Below, in pieces: positions 26,598 to 39,886 of a stretch of 64,000 nucleotides of DNA. How positions within the stretch are numbered: the first letter of the stretch is position 1; each line of letters starts with the position of its first letter. Origin of the DNA: Octopus vulgaris. Taxonomy: Eukaryota. The stretch spans positions 67,208,001 through 67,272,000 of the forward strand of contig OX597828.1 in assembly GCA_951406725.2 (NCBI GenBank). Direction: 5' to 3'. The notes below the pieces were generated by a model. It saw only the letters and a program-made list of their open reading frames with translations, was not told where the DNA came from and did no database searches. Both the position numbers and the translations under genes were made by a program.

Positions 26598-27032
26598 TTG
26601 TTGTATTTCAGGATGTTATTATTATTATTTTATTTTTTGTCAAATAAACACACGCTCTATATATTCGTTATTCACTCTATTACTGTTCTTATTCTAACTC
26701 ATGTCCATTGTCCGGGAATCTTTCGTCACACATCTGTTACCGCCTCAGCGACACTTTCCGTCTTCGTGTGTGCTCTTATTCCGCTTGTTTCATTCTGCTC
26801 TTGTCTGATGTGTATCCTTATATGCGCATGCGCGCGTGTGTGTGTGTGTCATTGTTCTTAGTAGCACTATGACCCTCCCCTTAGCCCCGTCCTGGAGGTC
26901 ACAGATGTGTGACGAAAGATTTCCGGACAATGGACATGAGTTAGAATAAGAACAGTAACAAACGACTGAAGAACGAATATATAGTGCGTGTGTTTATTTG
27001 GGAAAAAAATTGACTGTCCCGAAATACAACAA
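26598..27032. repeat. Inverted repeat, ~140-bp arms (MITE or fold-back like)
   Basis: 26598-26741 is the imperfect reverse complement of 26897-27032. Confidence 0.8.
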
Positions 27033-27663
27033 TAAGTATGTATGTGTATATATATTTTTATATGTGTTTGTGTATGTGTATGTGTGTGTGTGTATCTATA
27101 AAATGTTTATATGGATGTATATTTATTAGTATGTATGCGCAAACATACACACATACATACATATCTGTATGTACATGTATGTATATATATATATATATAT
27201 ATTTAATTTTTTCCCACTAGGCCGCTGGTGGCAAAAGAATTCTACAAAATTTTTTTTGCCACCCTATATTGATTAATTATGAATTTTCTGGTTAATTCCG
27301 TAATGGAATCGGCGGCTTATATTTATTTGCTGCCGATAAATTTGGCGCGAGTGCGACGATTTGAAAATTTTAGGTCAGATATTGACGAGGTAGCAATGAG
27401 AATGCCTCGTGAAAAATATCTGTTCCGGTTTTGGCTATTTCTTACTGATGAATCTAAGGGCCTATGGTAGATTGGCTTGATTTAATTTAATCAGGTTAGT
27501 TTTCCATTAAACTGAAGATGAAACGGTGCATCGTCTAAGAAATTACAGGGTAAATGTTTTTCAATTTTCTCCTGGTTTACGGAATTGACATTATTTTGCG
27601 GTTAAAGCTTTTGGCTGTTATTTCTAGTGGGTGAATGGCCTATTATGGCCGTTCCTTGATTGT

Positions 27664-27748
<85 letters not shown>

Positions 27749-27847
27749 TAATAAAGGACTCCCAAATAAGGAAGCCTAGTGCTAGAGACACAAAAAGGGA
27801 TAAATTCATCGAGAGTGAAAATCAAAAACATTTACCATTAACGATAT

Positions 27848-27927
27848 ATCCCGGACTGATCAGTTTCTACCTCTTTCTAGCAAAACAGACAGAATATGTT
27901 TGCCAAGGCAAGGTTCGTCAGCGGGAC
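27848..27927 (-). ncRNA. Type I hammerhead ribozyme candidate (mirror copy, CUGACGA)
   Basis: UCCCG-CUGACGA-ACCU..AGGU-A-GAAA-CUGAUCAG-UC^-CGGGA. Confidence 0.7.
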
Positions 27928-28142
27928 GTCTTTGTTAATTCTAGATGCACAGAGCGTTAGACCATGTGTCGATCTAACAATTTGTAAATCTTAACTTTTC
28001 AAACCTCTGCGCAGACGCAAAATATACCCGGCGATATAGGGCATGCCCTATATCGCCGGGTATATTTTTGAAAAGTTAAGATTTACAAATTGTTAGATCG
28101 ACACATGTTCTAACGCTCTGTGCATCTAGAATTAGCAAAGGC

Positions 28143-28222
28143 GTCCCGCTGATGAATCCGGCCTTAGCAAACATATTCTGTATGTTTTGCTAGAAAGAGG
28201 TAGAAACTGATCAGTCCGGGAT
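28143..28222 (+). ncRNA. Type I hammerhead ribozyme candidate
   Basis: UCCCG-CUGAUGA-long stem II-GAAA-CUGAUCAG-UC^-CGGGA. Confidence 0.7.
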
Positions 28223-28413
28223 ATATCGTTAATGGTAAATGTTTTTGATTTTCACTCTCGATGAATTTATCCCTTTTTGTGTCTCTAGCACTAGGCTTCT
28301 TTTATTTGGAAGCCCTTTATTATATTTCTATATGAATAATATTTTGTCTAATGACTAATTCGTCTTTTGTGCTAGGCCACTGGTAATAATAATCTATGTT
28401 ATTACCCTTTTTG

Positions 28414-28451
<38 letters not shown>

Positions 28452-28455
28452 TATA

Positions 28456-28611
28456 AGAGTGGCTGTGTGGTAAGTAGCTTGCTTACCAACCACATGGTTC
28501 CGGATTCAGTCCCACTGTGTGGCACCTTGAGCAAGTGTCTTCTACTATAGCCTCTGGTCAACAAAAGCCTTGTGAGTGGATTTGGTAGACGGAAACTGAA
28601 AGAAGCCCGTC

Positions 28612-28667
<56 letters not shown>

Positions 28668-28792
28668 CTAAGATGATCCGGTTCCCGATTGAAGATTAGA
28701 GGCTTCGAGTGACCCGTCGGTTTTTTGTGTCGTCTCCTTGTGTGTTTTTGCGTTCTTGTCCCACTTTGTAACTTATATTTTATATTAAATTC

Positions 28793-28823
<31 letters not shown>

Positions 28824-29026
28824 TTGTGTGTCTGTAGTTGTCCCCCAACATCGCTTGACAACCGATGCTGGTGTGTTTACGTCCCCGTAACTTAGCGGTT
28901 CGGCAAAAGAGACCGATAGGATAAGTACTAGGCTTACAAAGAATAGGTCCTGGGGTCGATTTGCTCGACTAAAGGCGGTGCTCCAGCATGACCGCAGTCA
29001 AATGACTGAAGCAAGTAAAAGAGTAA
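28456..29026 (+). mobile_element. SINE-A with a ~130-bp element inserted in its internal (TA)n
   Basis: Head at 28456-28612, foreign insert ~28666-28792, 3' half ~28820-29026. Confidence 0.88.
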
Positions 29027-29119
29027 ATAATATATATATATATATATATGTAGTTATATATGTATATATATATATGTGTGTATGTTTGTGTATATATATA
29101 TATATACATATACACACAT

Positions 29120-29339
29120 TGGTCATGATTATGATGACGGCGTCAGTGGTAGGGATAGGGGGTGTTGGTGGTGGTGAGAGTGGTGGTGGTGGAGGTGCGG
29201 CGGTGTTGATGTTGCTGCTGGTGATGATGATGACGATAATGATGTTCACGGTAGGTAGGAAGAGGAGGCATTGGAGACGAAGGCAGAAAAGTTGACAAAC
29301 GAAGGCATGTGTGTGTTTATATATATATGTATGGATGTG

Positions 29340-29391
<52 letters not shown>

Positions 29392-29508
29392 TATATATAC
29401 TCATATATATATATATATACATACATACATATATAAACACACACATGCCTTCGTTTGTCAACTTTTTTGCCTTCGTCTCCAATGCATCCTCTTCCTACCT
29501 ACCGTGAA

Positions 29509-29540
<32 letters not shown>

Positions 29541-29693
29541 CCAGCAGCAACATCAACACCGCCACATCAACACCGCCACATCAACACCGCCGCACCTCCA
29601 CCACCACCACTCTCACCACCACAGCTCTCACCACCACCAACACCACCAACCCCCCCACCACCACCACCGTCGCCGTCATCATAATCATGACCA
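29120..29693. repeat. Inverted duplication centred on (TA)n
   Basis: 29120-~29325 mirrored at ~29430-29693. Confidence 0.85.
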
Positions 29694-30604
29694 CAATAAA
29701 ACAGCCATGTTGATCTTGTCAACAGATTGTACGTTAAGTTTGGTGACGCCAATTCTGTTCAGCTCTCAACTTTCACCATTCAACGACTCTTGTGTAGGAT
29801 TCTTAAGGAAGAGAGAATAATAAATTTCTTCAACTTTACAACCTCGGGTGGTGGTAGAGATAGTGGTGTGTCTCTCTAGGCTCCAATATTTCTCAGCCAC
29901 CCGACCAACTGTGTTTTGTTACAATTCTCAGAACTGCTCTCGAAATAACCCATCGTTTTCGATAACTTCTCTCACGGGACTTTAAGGCCTGATTCTGAAG
30001 CAATGGGTCGCTAATAGTGTCGTTATTGCTGTTGTTGTTTTAATTGTTGCTGTAGTTGTTGTTGTTGTTGGTGGTGGTGGTGGTGGAAGTGGCGCTGTTG
30101 CTGCTGTTACTGGTAATGCTGTTGTTGTTGTTCGGGGTGATGGTGATACTGCTGCTGTTGGTGGTGGTGCTGTTGCTGCGGTGGCTGGTGGCGGTGGTGG
30201 TGGTGGTGACGCTGCTGCTGTTTTTGTTGCTGTTGTTTGCGGTGCTGCTCTTGGTGTTGTTGTTGTTGTTGTTGTTGTTGGTTGTTGTTGTTGTTGGTGG
30301 TGGTGGTGGTGGGGATACTGCGTCTGTTGTTGTTGTTGCTGGCCGCAGTTTAATGACTGAAACAAGATACAAAACAAAAGACTACGTTAAAACCACCTGC
30401 TTGACTGGTGCCAAACTAATGATTGTGTGAAATATGGTGGGTTTTCCTGTTACACCTTGTACAAAAGATGACTTGTGAGCGGGTGGGGGGAGCTTTAAAA
30501 AACTGCAAATTTTCTCTGGTAAATATTTACTGTGGCATAAAAAAGTTAAAATAATGTATTTGCAGACAAAGAAAAAGGACGAAATATTACATTTTCTAGT
30601 ATTG

Positions 30605-30817
30605 TTCTTTTTCTTTTATTCTTTTACGTGTTTCAGTCATTTGGCTGCGGCCATGCTGGAGCACCGCCTTTAGTCGAGCAAATCGACCCCAGGACTTATT
30701 CTTTGTAAGCCTTGTACTTATTCTATCGGTCTCTTCTGCCGAACCGCTAAGTTACGGGGGACGTAAACACACCAGCATTGGTTGTCAATCGATTTTGGGG
30801 AGACAAACACACACACA

Positions 30818-30854
<37 letters not shown>

Positions 30855-30855
30855 G

Positions 30856-30889
<34 letters not shown>

Positions 30890-31052
30890 CATATATACAG
30901 CGGGCTTCTTTCAGTTTCCGTCTACCAAATTCACTCACAAGGCTTTGGTCGGCCCGAGGCTATAGTATAGTAGAAGACACTTGCCCAAGGTGCCACGCAG
31001 TGGGACTGAACCTGGAGCCATGTGGCTGGTAAGCACACAGCCACTCCTACGC
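30605..31052 (-). mobile_element. SINE-A full length
   Basis: Family match across head and tail. Confidence 0.9.
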
Positions 31053-31560
31053 CTATATATAAAATTGTATATAGAATTATAGTATATGATGTCAGTTAAT
31101 AGTTTTAGCAAAATTATACAGCCAGTGTCTGCAAGCTGATATTGAAGTCTGGACACTAGATTATGAGAGGAAGGGAGAGAAAAAAGAAAGCAAAAAGCTC
31201 TTAAATATCCTTGTGAACGTGTGATTTAATAATAGCTCAAAGCATGAACAGTGGACCAGCAACGGTTTGGTATATAGGCGGACGCTGGAGATATGTTATA
31301 AATCTTATACCGATAGTAAAACTGGCTCCACTTGCCTCGCTGATTCGGTTTGCTGTGCAGTGCCAATGTTGTTAGCAATTCCAAGAATATAATGCTTCCT
31401 TTGCAGAAATGTTGACCATCTGATAAAAAAAAACCAAAAACCAATCAATAAGCATTATATAACTTTCTATCGTTTTTGATAGATTTCTCAAACAGATAAC
31501 AATGGCTTTCGTATTGCTTTCTCTGATTTAAGGGCTGTGGATGAGAGCGGGAAGGGGATC

Positions 31561-32608
<1,048 letters not shown>

Positions 32609-32804
32609 AGTACAATGCTTCCCATTGTTCTGTTGTGGATTTTGTTGTTCATAGAGACTAAGCGTCAATCATTGAGTAAATATTACCTTCACATAACCAC
32701 ATAATTACTATTAATTAAATCATCATTAATCATGTTTTTCTCTCTCATTACCTTTATTGTATAGATTCCGCAACCTCATTAATGTACATATTACATTCTT
32801 TTTT

Positions 32805-33164
32805 CTTTTATTTGTTTCAGATATTCAACTACGGAGATGCTGGCACCACTGCTTTGAAGGGTTTAGGCGAACATCCGTCTCTCTTGCCGAGCTGCTAAGT
32901 TACGAGACAGTAAACAAACCAACACCGGTTGTGAAGTCGATGGAGAGGGCAAAAGCGCAAAGACACACATACACACACACCCCTACATATACACACATAT
33001 GTGTATGTATGTGTATATATACATATATATATTTTGCCGAACTGCTAAGTTATGGTAACGTAAACACGGCAGCACCTGTGGTCAAGCGGTGATGGTGGGG
33101 GCACAGACACAAACGCAAATACACACGCACACACATACATAAGTGCTTGTGTATACAGACACTG

Positions 33165-33212
<48 letters not shown>

Positions 33213-33320
33213 ACACATATATATGACGGGCATCTTTCAGTTTCCGCCTATCAAATTCACTCACAAGACTTTGGTCGGCCCAAGGCTTTAGTAGACGACG
33301 CTTGCTCAAGGTGTCGCGAT
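32805..33320 (-). mobile_element. Degenerate or rearranged SINE-A
   Basis: Two copies of the ttgccga.ctgctaagtta segment plus a partial head. Confidence 0.7.
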
Positions 33321-33514
33321 ATATATATAGCTTCCCTTTGCAAATACTGATAGGGTACAGAAGTGTGTCTATAGCCATCTGGAGGAGGTGTCCTCCTGGG
33401 GCTACAAGCTACAGTAGCATCCACCCTTAGGGGTTAGCCATATTTAAATGGCAAATATACTTCACGATGAGTTGCAGCTACTGTTTATACCTCGCTCAGA
33501 GATTTATTTTTGCT

Positions 33515-33606
<92 letters not shown>

Positions 33607-33692
33607 TGACCCGTCTGTTTTTTTGTGTCGTCTCTTTGTGTGTTTTTGCGTTCTTGTCCCACTTTGTAATTTATATTTTATATTTAATTTCT

Positions 33693-33763
<71 letters not shown>

Positions 33764-34162
33764 CATGTACTTCATAGTCCACATCTCAGACGGTCATCTT
33801 AAACCAAAACTAGGAATGCTCAATGACAAAAAAGAAATTTTAATTACCGAGAGGTCTGACAAGAATGTTTATTTAAAGAAAATCCAACACAATAGAAGCA
33901 ACTCGGATACATCATACAAAGCAAATATGTTATATTATATATATGTGTGTGTGTGTGTGTGTGTGAGTGTGTGTTTATGTGTGCGTAGTTATATAAACGT
34001 ATAGTTTACATACTTCCACTTGATTGAGTAAATAGTGCGGTGGATTGTATACACACATTCCCCCCCCCTACAAGTGCGTTTTGAGCACTTTTATGTTTTC
34101 ATACTTAAAAGCACAGAAACACCGGTGTCATGCATGTGTGTGCGTGCGCACGCGCGCACTTG

Positions 34163-34198
<36 letters not shown>

Positions 34199-35074
34199 CG
34201 TGAGTGTGTGTGAGCGCTTGTGTGTGCTTGTATATGTATTTCTATGTGTGTACGTATGTATATGAATGTGTGTGACGGGGATATCTTCGTGTTTATGTCT
34301 GTGTATGTATGTATGTATGTGTGTATGTATGTATGTATTTATGTATATATATATATGTGTGTGTCTGTGTGTGTGTGCATAATCTGTAATTATTGACACA
34401 TGACAGCTTTCTCGCCCACCCCGCCAACCCTTTTCACATGCACCGTATTTATTCCGCCGCACCGTACCCCCACCAACACCACTGGTACAGGACAGACAAT
34501 ATGACCACTGTGAAGAGTGATATGAATGGAAGAAGAGAGCGAAGGAGTGAATGGTAACATTAACATCACTGTCCTTATTAATTCGCGCTCCGCCTCCTCC
34601 GTTCCCCACCCCTTGTGCCACGCCACCACTCTTAAGATGTTTGTTTTTGTTTTTGTTGTTGTTCCTCTGAGTAGCATACTTCTGCTAGTCTCTTCCAATT
34701 TATCTAAATAAAAGTTTATTTTCTCAAGCCTCTAGAAATAAATTAAAATTCATTGAGAAGATATCAGAGACCAAACTGACAACTTAAGACCTTCACAGAG
34801 AAAGGAAATGAAAAGAAAAAGAAAAAAAGAAATGAAAAGAAAAAAAAAAGAAATTAATAAACGAAAGCGAAACAAAAATGCGGTAAAGTAGTCTTGAAGT
34901 TTCCCATCAAAACTACAGCATCTCACTCGCCATAAAATGTCTGTTTAGGCATATGAGAAAGATGTGATGAGGGAATAAGAGAGATCAGAAACTCTGCTTG
35001 ACTGCTAGACCTTAGCAGCCAAATGACCCTAGGATTATACATTCTACCGTTTTAATAACGATATAAGATCATCA

Positions 35075-35307
35075 GAGGCGGCGAGTTGGCAGACACGTTA
35101 GCACGCCGGGCGAAATGCGTAGCCGTGTTTCGTCTGCCGTTACGTTCTGAGTTCAAATTCCATCGAGATCGACTTTGCCTTTCATCCTTTCGGGGTCGAT
35201 AAATTAAGTACCAGTTGCGCACTGGGGTCGATGTAATCGACTCAATCCGTTTGCCTGTCCTTGTTTGTCCCCTCTATGTTTAGCCTCTTGTGGGTAGTAA
35301 AAAAATA
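35075..35307 (+). mobile_element. SINE-B full length (Tx1-type tail)
   Basis: Same family; 15-bp TSD gatataagatc(a/t)tca at 35060-35074 and 35308-35322. Confidence 0.92.
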
Positions 35308-35734
35308 GATATAAGATCTTCATATGTTGGACAATGTAGAACGTTTTCGACTATAGACTATTGTTCATGGCTATCTTGGAGATAATCAACAATAATCCTA
35401 AGTTAGGAGAGCCTGCATATTATTATTCGAACTACCAAAAATAACAGTAAAATCTCCCTCAAGGAACACTCTCTAAAGTCTACAAAAGCAGGACATATTG
35501 GAAATATGGTTCTAGAAATAACGCGGGAGAAAAAATGACGGAATGGTCATAGCAGGAATGTCTTTGAACGTAGGGTCTGCTTGATATATTTATGCAAGCA
35601 AGTTCACGAATATACTTTTTAGTGACGGTGAATTATATCCTTTTTGATTTTGAATTGCGTTTAGTCATCTTAATCATTTTATAATTTTCACATTACCATT
35701 TTGTGGAATCAGCCACTGATTCATATGGTAAATT

Positions 35735-36146
35735 GAGTGGCTGTGTGGTAAGTAGCTTGCTAACCAACCACATGGTTCCGGGTTCGGTCCCACTGCGTGG
35801 CATCTTGGGCAAGTGTCTTCTGCTATAGCCCCGGGCCGACCAATGCCTTGTGAGTGGATTTGGTAGACGGAAACTGAAAGAAGCCTGTCGTATATATGTA
35901 TGTATATATATATATATGTATGTGTGTGTTTGTGTGTCTGTGTTTGTCCCTAGCATTGCTTGACAACCGATGCTGGTGTGTTTACGTCCCCGTCACTTAG
36001 CGGTTCGGCAAAAGAGACCGATAGAATAAGTACTGGGCTTACAAAGAATAAGTCCCGGGGTCGATTTGCTCGACTAAAAAAAGGCGGTGCTCCAGCATGG
36101 CCGCAGTCAAATGACTGAAACAAGTAAAAGAGTAAAAGAGTAAGAG
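35735..36146 (+). mobile_element. SINE-A full length
   Basis: Family match. Confidence 0.92.
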
Positions 36147-36147
36147 T

Positions 36148-36350
36148 ATAGCTGGAATTTACAAAAAAATTTTTAAAAAGACGAAGACAGGTGTATAAGC
36201 AACAAAATGGTGTATTAGTTTAACGCTCGGGAAGGTGAGAGAGTTTTTTTACATTTCGAGCCTACGCTCTTCAACAGAAAGGAACATGAGAAAATAAGCA
36301 GAGAGAGACTTTAAGAAGCTTCAGTGGCTAGCGGTCTATCATGGCGGCTG
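36148..36350 (-). repeat. Family P1 copy (diverged)
   Basis: tttcgagcctacgctcttcaacagaaagg motif. Confidence 0.75.
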
Positions 36351-37399
36351 GCTGGCTGGAGGTGGTCAGATAGAAGGGCTAGGAAGAAAGGGAGATAATA
36401 AAGTAGTGATCCCAAAACGAAGGTGCGCGAGAGTGTGTAGGTGTGTGCGCGGGGATTGGGGCTGGTGACCTTGACGTGTGGATGTGTAGGTGTGTGGATG
36501 ATGGTGTGGGTGCTGGGGAGTGGTCAATGCTAGTATGTCCAGAGAGGGAGCTGTGATGTGGCGTGGCATGATGTGGTGTGGTGTGAGTGCAGGGAAGTGG
36601 TCAATGCTATTGTGTGCAGGGTGGTGCGATATGGTGTGGTGGTGTTGTGTGTTGTGTGGTGTTGTGTGTTGTGTGGTGTTGTGTGTTGTGTGTTGTGTGG
36701 TGTTGTGTGTTGTGTGGTGTTGTGTGTGGTGGTGTGGTGATGTGGTGGTGGTGTGTGGTGTGGTTGTGTATGGTGCGGTGTGGAATGATGTGTGCTATGG
36801 TGGTGGTATTGGGGTGTGGTGGTGCTGGGATATGGGGGATGCGAGGGTGGGGTGTGGGGTTGTGAGGGTGACTGACAAGGTAAATTTAGCTTCTCCACTC
36901 GTATTGGAATAAGCAGAATTGATGAGCATTACTTTCCGTGCGAAATTGGCATTCCAGTCTAATGCCACTCGCTTGCGGAGAGGAAGTTATATCCTTTGGC
37001 AGTAAATAAAACATGTGCTACTGTGGCTAAAGAGTCTTTGACTCCTATTTCTAGCAGTGCAGGAGCTCCATGCACCCTTCGCCACTTTTTAGTATAACCA
37101 GCCGAAATTGCAAAGATAATCTGGAATTCGACTGAGTATAGAAAACTCTGAATGACCCTTACTTGTTTTCCTTGTATCGTCTGTCTGGATGTTTTGCGTT
37201 CTTGTCCCATTTTTGTACTTTTTATATATAAAACATAGCGGCGTACGTACACTTTGGTCTCTTATATGTAAGTATATATATATCTAAATTTTGTACGATT
37301 CCATTATTCTTTGTATTCATTCATTCTTTCCTTCTTTCTATCAGCCTTTCATGCTCACTTTCCCTCCTCTTTCACTTCACAGTGTCTCTTTCAATCAGA

Positions 37400-38117
<718 letters not shown>

Positions 38118-38262
38118 ATATATATATATATATATAATATTATATTATATTATATTATATGTGTGTGTGTGTATGTATATATATGTATGTATGTATGTAA
38201 GTATGTTTGTACGTATGTATGTATGCATGTGTGTATATATGTATATATATACACACACACAC

Positions 38263-38323
<61 letters not shown>

Positions 38324-38591
38324 AAGAGAGAGAATGAGAAAGAGATAGATATTTAATTTCTTATTCGTAGAGAAAGAGAGAGAGAGAGAGAGTGTGTGTG
38401 TGTGTTCGCTCACGTGTGTATGCGTGCATAACTAAAAATGTATTACATCTTGATATATTAGATCGTGTCTGCTGTATAAACTCCGCCACTCTCGTCTTTA
38501 CATAATTGTATGTATATTCCCACCTATTCTGGGAACGCCTTCTAAACACGTTTTCTTATGTATCAACAATGATGAAGTGAAAATCTTTTTT

Positions 38592-38738
38592 TTCTTCTTC
38601 TTCTTCTTCTTCTTCTTCTTCTTCTTCTTCTTCTTCTTCTTCTTCTTCTTCTTCTTCTTCTCCTCCTCCTTCTTCTTCTTCTTCTTCTTCTTCTTCTTCT
38701 TCTTCTTCTTCTTCTTCTTCTTCTTCTTCTTCTTCTTC
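38592..38738. repeat. (TTC)n microsatellite
   Basis: Direct inspection. Confidence 0.97.
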
Positions 38739-39084
38739 TACGAAATTCAACACGCCCATCATTACAATCCGTCTCGTGAACGTACATCAGGTACATGCAT
38801 CACAACCATAAGCGCGCTATATGGTGATTTTATATCAGGATAAACAGCGCATGACATTGCAGGTGGGGCCCCAGTTAAGAATTTCTTCAGTTTGAGTAGC
38901 CCATCCCGCTTGAAAGATCTCTGAGTAAGGATTGTTTAAGGACGATGAACGAAGCGCTTACGATTCCAAGAGTGAATTATCCAAACTCCAAAGAATCCCT
39001 CTCAACACATGGCTATGGTACTCTCCCACTACTCCTGCATGTGATCAGAGATGCACATATCCTCAACCATCAAGGGACATACTG

Positions 39085-39438
39085 AACTGATATTCGGATC
39101 GGGTGTTACTCTATATATCCTCAAGAATTTCGTTAGCTTTTCACCAATTCCGACATCATTCCTTGCCTTTTTTAACGCTCGTTTGAAAGTATCAACGAAT
39201 CTTTCTACCTGTCCGTTTGACCTCGGGTGGTTGCTCCTCATTAAGGCTTGCTTTCTCGACATTCTCAGGTGCCCACTGTGGAATTCCTGCAATACTCATT
39301 TCTGTAGTGCAGTTGGTACTACCAATCTTTGTGCGTACATTAAAATATAATCGCATTGTGAAAAATTATTCGAACTTGCATTTTTATTTTGCTTAATTTT
39401 CAACATTTCTTTCATTCTTATGCAATTATGCTCTGCGG
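39085..39438 (-). mobile_element. Gypsy LTR retrotransposon remnant, integrase part
   Basis: QEFHSGH zinc-finger region and HPRSNGQVERFVDTFKRAL...FLRIYRVTP integrase core end. Confidence 0.85.
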
Positions 39439-39453
39439 ATTTCATGCTTATAT

Positions 39454-39635
39454 ATGTTTTTTATTACCCACAAGGGGTTAAACACAGAGGGGACAAACAA
39501 AGACAAACAAACGGATTAAGTCGATTACATCGACTCCAGTGCGTAACTGGTACTTATTATCGACCCCGAAAGGATGAAAGGCAAAGTCGACCTCGACGGA
39601 ATTTGAACTCAGAACGTAACGGCAGACGAAATACG
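39454..39635 (-). mobile_element. SINE-B, 3' part (interrupted by the Tx1 LINE)
   Basis: Matches intact SINE-B copies at 9764 and 35075; outer 15-bp TSD atttcatgcttatat at 39439-39453. Confidence 0.92.
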
Positions 39636-39886
39636 AATTTCTTTATTGCCCACCGGGGGCCAAACATAGATATGGACAGTACAACTGATGGGATCAGTGA
39701 ATCGATATGATTTTACATAAATGTGACATCAAAAATAAAATACAATACATAAAAATCGAATGGAATACACAGTACAAAAACAATACAAATGAAGCGATGA
39801 TCAAGTTACGCTCCGATCCCACAAGCCCCGATCTACCGCTGATACCTTTTTATTTTTCCTTTTTTTTTTTTTTTTTCCTCGTCTAT

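Larger units (their letters stand above)
27742..28413. mobile_element. Head-to-head inverted element (Penelope-like terminus) with two hammerhead-like motifs
   Basis: Arms 27742-28002 and 28068-28327; perfect 50-bp central palindrome 28019-28068; (TA)n on both sides. Confidence 0.75.

Noticed and set aside
26900-26990. GUGACGA and CUGAAGA motifs in the fold-back arm
   Set aside because: No downstream GAAA with stem III and stem I
27279-27470. 63-aa ORF beside the palindrome as a possible PLE protein fragment
   Set aside because: No RT or GIY-YIG motif recognisable on either strand
33455-33505. CUGAGCGA..UAAACAG motif on the minus strand
   Set aside because: Lacks GAAA and a valid NUH/stem I arrangement
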